From: Sphyrna mokarran
Taxonomy: Eukaryota
DNA length: 64,000 bases
Direction: 5' to 3'
Assembly: GCA_024679065.1 (NCBI GenBank)
Contig: JAGIQG010000031.1
Location: 19,778,001-19,842,000 of the forward strand
A program made the translations under genes and the position numbers. Shown here in pieces: positions 60,123-64,000 of the stretch (position 1 is its first letter; the number at the start of each line of letters is the position of its first letter). The notes under the pieces were generated by a model. It was not told the DNA's origin. It searched no databases and saw only the letters and a list, made by a program, of their open reading frames with translations.

Positions 60123-61939
60123 CTTGCGGGCTGTCAATTACAGGGATAACATATGAAGATTGACCCAATGGTTTTCGGAGATGCCGAGCGGTCTTTCAGC
60201 ACCTTTTCACTGTCCGACTGTTTTGGGAGTTAACTCCTTTGTACCAGCGTGTAGAGAAACCAATGTTTCCTTTTAAGTAACCAATAGTGTGCAAACCGTC
60301 AGCTGCAATCTGGTCAAATGAACAAATGAGGCGTAACGTGCTGCACCAGGTTCCAAGCACCAGCTTATCCTGAGAGGCTAATGACTGTCAACAGTCTGAA
60401 ATGAAAATGAGTCAACGGTCTTGCATCCAGATCACAGATTTAATCAAGTGCAGAAGGAGGTTGCTTGGTTCAGTTTCTTAGAAATAGCTGTGTGAAGTAT
60501 TCTCATGTACGCAGCTTTTCCCGAGATCCCAACATACTGATCTCTCCAAAAACGCCTTCAATTGCTTTTAAAATGTTCCTCTAGAATCTGATTTCATTGC
60601 TCTTTCAGCTCGTGCGTTGAAAATTTGAGTAACCCTCTGTGTGAAGTGATTTCCATCATTACTTCTGGTTCTTCTAATTACTATAATTCTATTTACCAAC
60701 TATGTTTCCCAATTCACTTGCGAGAGGAAATCATTTCCACCTTCTTGCTCTATCACAGTCTCTCATAATTCTAAATAACTCTGTTGAATTGCCCCTAAAC
60801 CTTCCTGCTCCAACTTGATCAACACAAAGCCCCTCACGTGACAGTATTCCTTTGGCCCTGGTAACTTTCTCTTAAACCACCTTCATGCCCTCTCCATGGT
60901 TGAACAGACAGTAGTGTTCAGAACTGTACACAATACTTTAAACTTCACTATCACGCATCTTTCAATCATTGAAAATGCTTCATTTCCTGCAAAAAAAATC
61001 TTCTTTGAATTTTCTCTGTGTCTTTCAAATTTCTTTGATATTATAACTGATTGATTTTTATTTCCTTCCCCCAAAACAATTTTCCTATTTCATTCCCTAC
61101 AACTACCTCGAACACTGCTTCATTCCACTTTGGGCTTCAAAAATATTGCATTAGAATTTAACAATCCTTCATCCTCTTTGCCTTTTTACTACCCCCATTC
61201 TAAATTAGGGTAGTTGAAAATACCCCACATCGCTGTTCCATTGTTTATGCATTTTTCAGATGAATCTGCTAAATTAACTTTATGATCGACAATTCAGTAT
61301 TTAGCAATCGGTGTTAAACTTGGAGATCCTTAACATATATCGTTTTCCCAACAGTTTTCACATTTTATGTAGTTGTTGAATTCTGAAAGGGTTAATGGTC
61401 ACACAAGGTTGAATTTCACATAAGCTGCTCTGAGAAAAGAAAAATGGGTTTATAAATGTCTGCACAGTTAAGCACCAAGGCTTCTAGTCTGACTAAGCTC
61501 ACTAAATCAGACATCTGGAACTGGAAGTCATAACAGGCACAAACTAGGACATTAATGATAACTTGTAACAAAGATGAATTAGTTCAGTTAATATGATTAA
61601 GTCTTCATGCTAATGGAATATTATAATTAAACAGGCTTGAGGGGATTGTGATTGGTTTTAATATCTGGACTTTACTCATGTTGTAACCTTTACAGTGACT
61701 GAGTGGGTGGAGATAATTTCTCTTCCTTGATTGCTTTATGTTAATTATGCATAATCGGATTTGACATTATGACTGCTCATGTATTCTTAAGTTCTGAACC
61801 CTGGTTAGTTATCGGCACTGACCTGTGACTTGCCAGTGAGCTCGCAATATAGCTGGCGTTAAACTATTTATTTAAAAGAGCTACGTGGCTTCAAGTGACA
61901 ATTTCCACTTGCAGCTCGTCAGTCTGATTTGGAGCATTC

Positions 61940-63750
61940 GTTCACTCCATCATTCAAGTTGGCTTGATGTTTTGTGGTCAATCTGCTGCTCTTGGAGCTC
62001 TACCCTTTGACATATGGCAGTTTGTTTTCTCTGTCTGTTCCAATACTATCAGATGTTTACCACTCTACCCGACAACCCTACTTCCAGCCCCCGCTGTGGA
62101 AATCGGCCCGAGTCCTCGACTGCTGGAACTCATATGGTTAATGCACATTCCTCTTTCCCCAGATCTTGTCTCAATGTCTCATAGATCTGATGGCATCCCT
62201 CCCCCATCTCTTCAAGCAGATATTCACCTGCACTGTCTTTTTGTTTCTGTAATACAAAGCAATCTAGGGACTAAATTGGACAGTACCTTCTTTGATCTTT
62301 ATCTTAGTTACTGAAACTTTGCCTGTTTGACCTGACATAAACACACCATTAATTTGAACATGTCTTCTAGATTTTTTTCCCCTTTCCTTCATGGAATGTC
62401 CTTAATCCACTCAGGAATATTCTTTGCTCCCACTACTGTGGCTGCAGGAAGGCTTCAACTCTCCAGAAAATTGAATCCCTTTATAACAACTGACCCCCGC
62501 AATTTATAGATTCTGGGCCTTTGAAACAGTGACTCATTCTAATCAATATTAACCATGTCAATCAATTATACTCCAAGAACTTTGATTCCTACAGTTCCCT
62601 TAGTTATACTTTCTCACATCGTGACACTTCCACGGATTCTATTCCATTCTCTTCAATTCTGCATCTCTGTGTCTTCCATTTGGACAATCCTGCCTTCCAC
62701 ACAAATGTTTGTGATCTACTTTCCATTGCCTCAATTTAGAATCCGTTTGCAATATGGCTGCTGTGGACCCTCGAGCATATCTATCCTATTGCACATATTT
62801 CTAGTCCAACACCTTACTATTCCTCTGCTGACTGTAATATAGATTCCCTCCTTACCAACATCCACCAGCTTCCACATACAAGGAATCAAATTCTACCACC
62901 GCAATCACCGAAGTGCCATATTCCTAATCGACATACTCACTTCTGCTTTCCCTTCATACAATTTCAAAGGTACAATTCCCTGCAACTAGTCTTGACACAC
63001 TTCTCCATCATTGCTCTGTTCAGCACCTCCCTGAAAAGGGGTTCTAACTTTCAGTCAGTTTTTCATCCCGTTCTCTGTCCCTGTCCCATCCCGATCTGTC
63101 TCTCGCAATCTCCAACGCTGTTACAATTCAGCTGAGATGAAGGCCGAGGAACAGCGTTTCATCTTCCGATTAGGCGTTTCACTAATTTTGGAATTTAGTC
63201 GATTTTGAAAGAATGAGGTCCTGATTGCTCAGTCCATCTTATTGCTGCCGGAATGCACTTCGGAATAGGAGACTTATCACAGAGTTTCTATTTACTATTT
63301 CACCCTTTCCCCCTTTCCCCCTTCTCTTGCCTAAATTCTGACTTGAATACCTGGAGGTCATTTTCCCCAAATCTCAGAAAATGGCCTGAATTCCTTTTAT
63401 TGTTTTATTCATTTGTTGGACAATCAGTGTTGCTGGCTGGCCAGCATGTATTGCCCATCCCTATGTATCTTTGAACTGAGTGGGTATTTGGCCATTGCTA
63501 TGGCTCTGGAGTCACATGTAGGCCAGACCAGGTAAAGACAGCAGATTTCCTTCCTTAGAGGACATCAGTGAACCTGATTGCGTTTTTTTTTGAAAGAAAC
63601 CCACGTCCCCATTAGCCAAGTTTATTAATTGATCCATTGCCTAGTGGTATGACTGCTAGACTATTAATCTCTCTGTACATTTTGCCTGATCTGCTAAGAA
63701 GTTCCGGCATTGTCTGCTGATGTTCCTGCATCCACAGTATTTTGCCTTTT
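61940..63750 (+). mobile_element. Penelope-like remnant plus Deu-SINE fragment (mirror of 4420-6230)
   Basis: Reverse complement of the left-arm copy. Confidence 0.6.
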
Positions 63751-64000
63751 AAACTAGTCAATATGGTCAATAAATAAAGAAGTGATATGCAATTGATGGT
63801 GAATAGAACAAATGTGTACAGAGCTGTGGAGAAGCTGATAACTAGGATCATGTTGAGATCAAGAGAACACGCCCCATCCCATGGTGGCAGAGTTGATCAG
63901 ACGCTGCTGATGAGGCCAGTTACCATTGTGAACATTGCCAATAATCCAGGGCCACTAACTGAGTAGCCTAGTTTTTCTTCATTGTCCATTGCCGAGTGGT

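Larger units (their letters stand above)
46555..64000 (-). repeat. Right arm of the inverted duplication (continues beyond the window)
   Basis: Reverse complement of 4171-~19500 plus two arm-specific ~1 kb segments. Confidence 0.97.

Overview
This is vertebrate genomic DNA, very likely from a shark or other elasmobranch, judged from the HE1-type and Deu-type SINEs and the CR1, L2, Rex1 and Penelope-like remnants. The ORF track is therefore mostly spurious or shows single exons. The window holds one intact-looking, spliced + strand gene (coding 8047-41010, about 1140 codons, all identified coding introns phase 1). It encodes a type I membrane group-B SRCR receptor of the CD163/WC1/SCART kind: signal peptide, short linker, 9 SRCR domains, a TM helix containing a Glu, and a 4-exon cytoplasmic tail with several Tyr motifs. 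The three N-terminal SRCR exons and a 5'-truncated fourth unit form a young ~0.8 kb exon-plus-intron tandem array whose substitutions are mostly non-synonymous. The 5' part of the gene (4171-~19500) recurs as an inverted copy at ~46555-64000, which runs off the window end. That copy points back towards the gene, stops after a single mosaic SRCR exon, and differs by a chimeric CR1 insertion and a ~1 kb indel. An assembly artefact (inverted haplotig) is not excluded. All coordinates and counts were made by eye.
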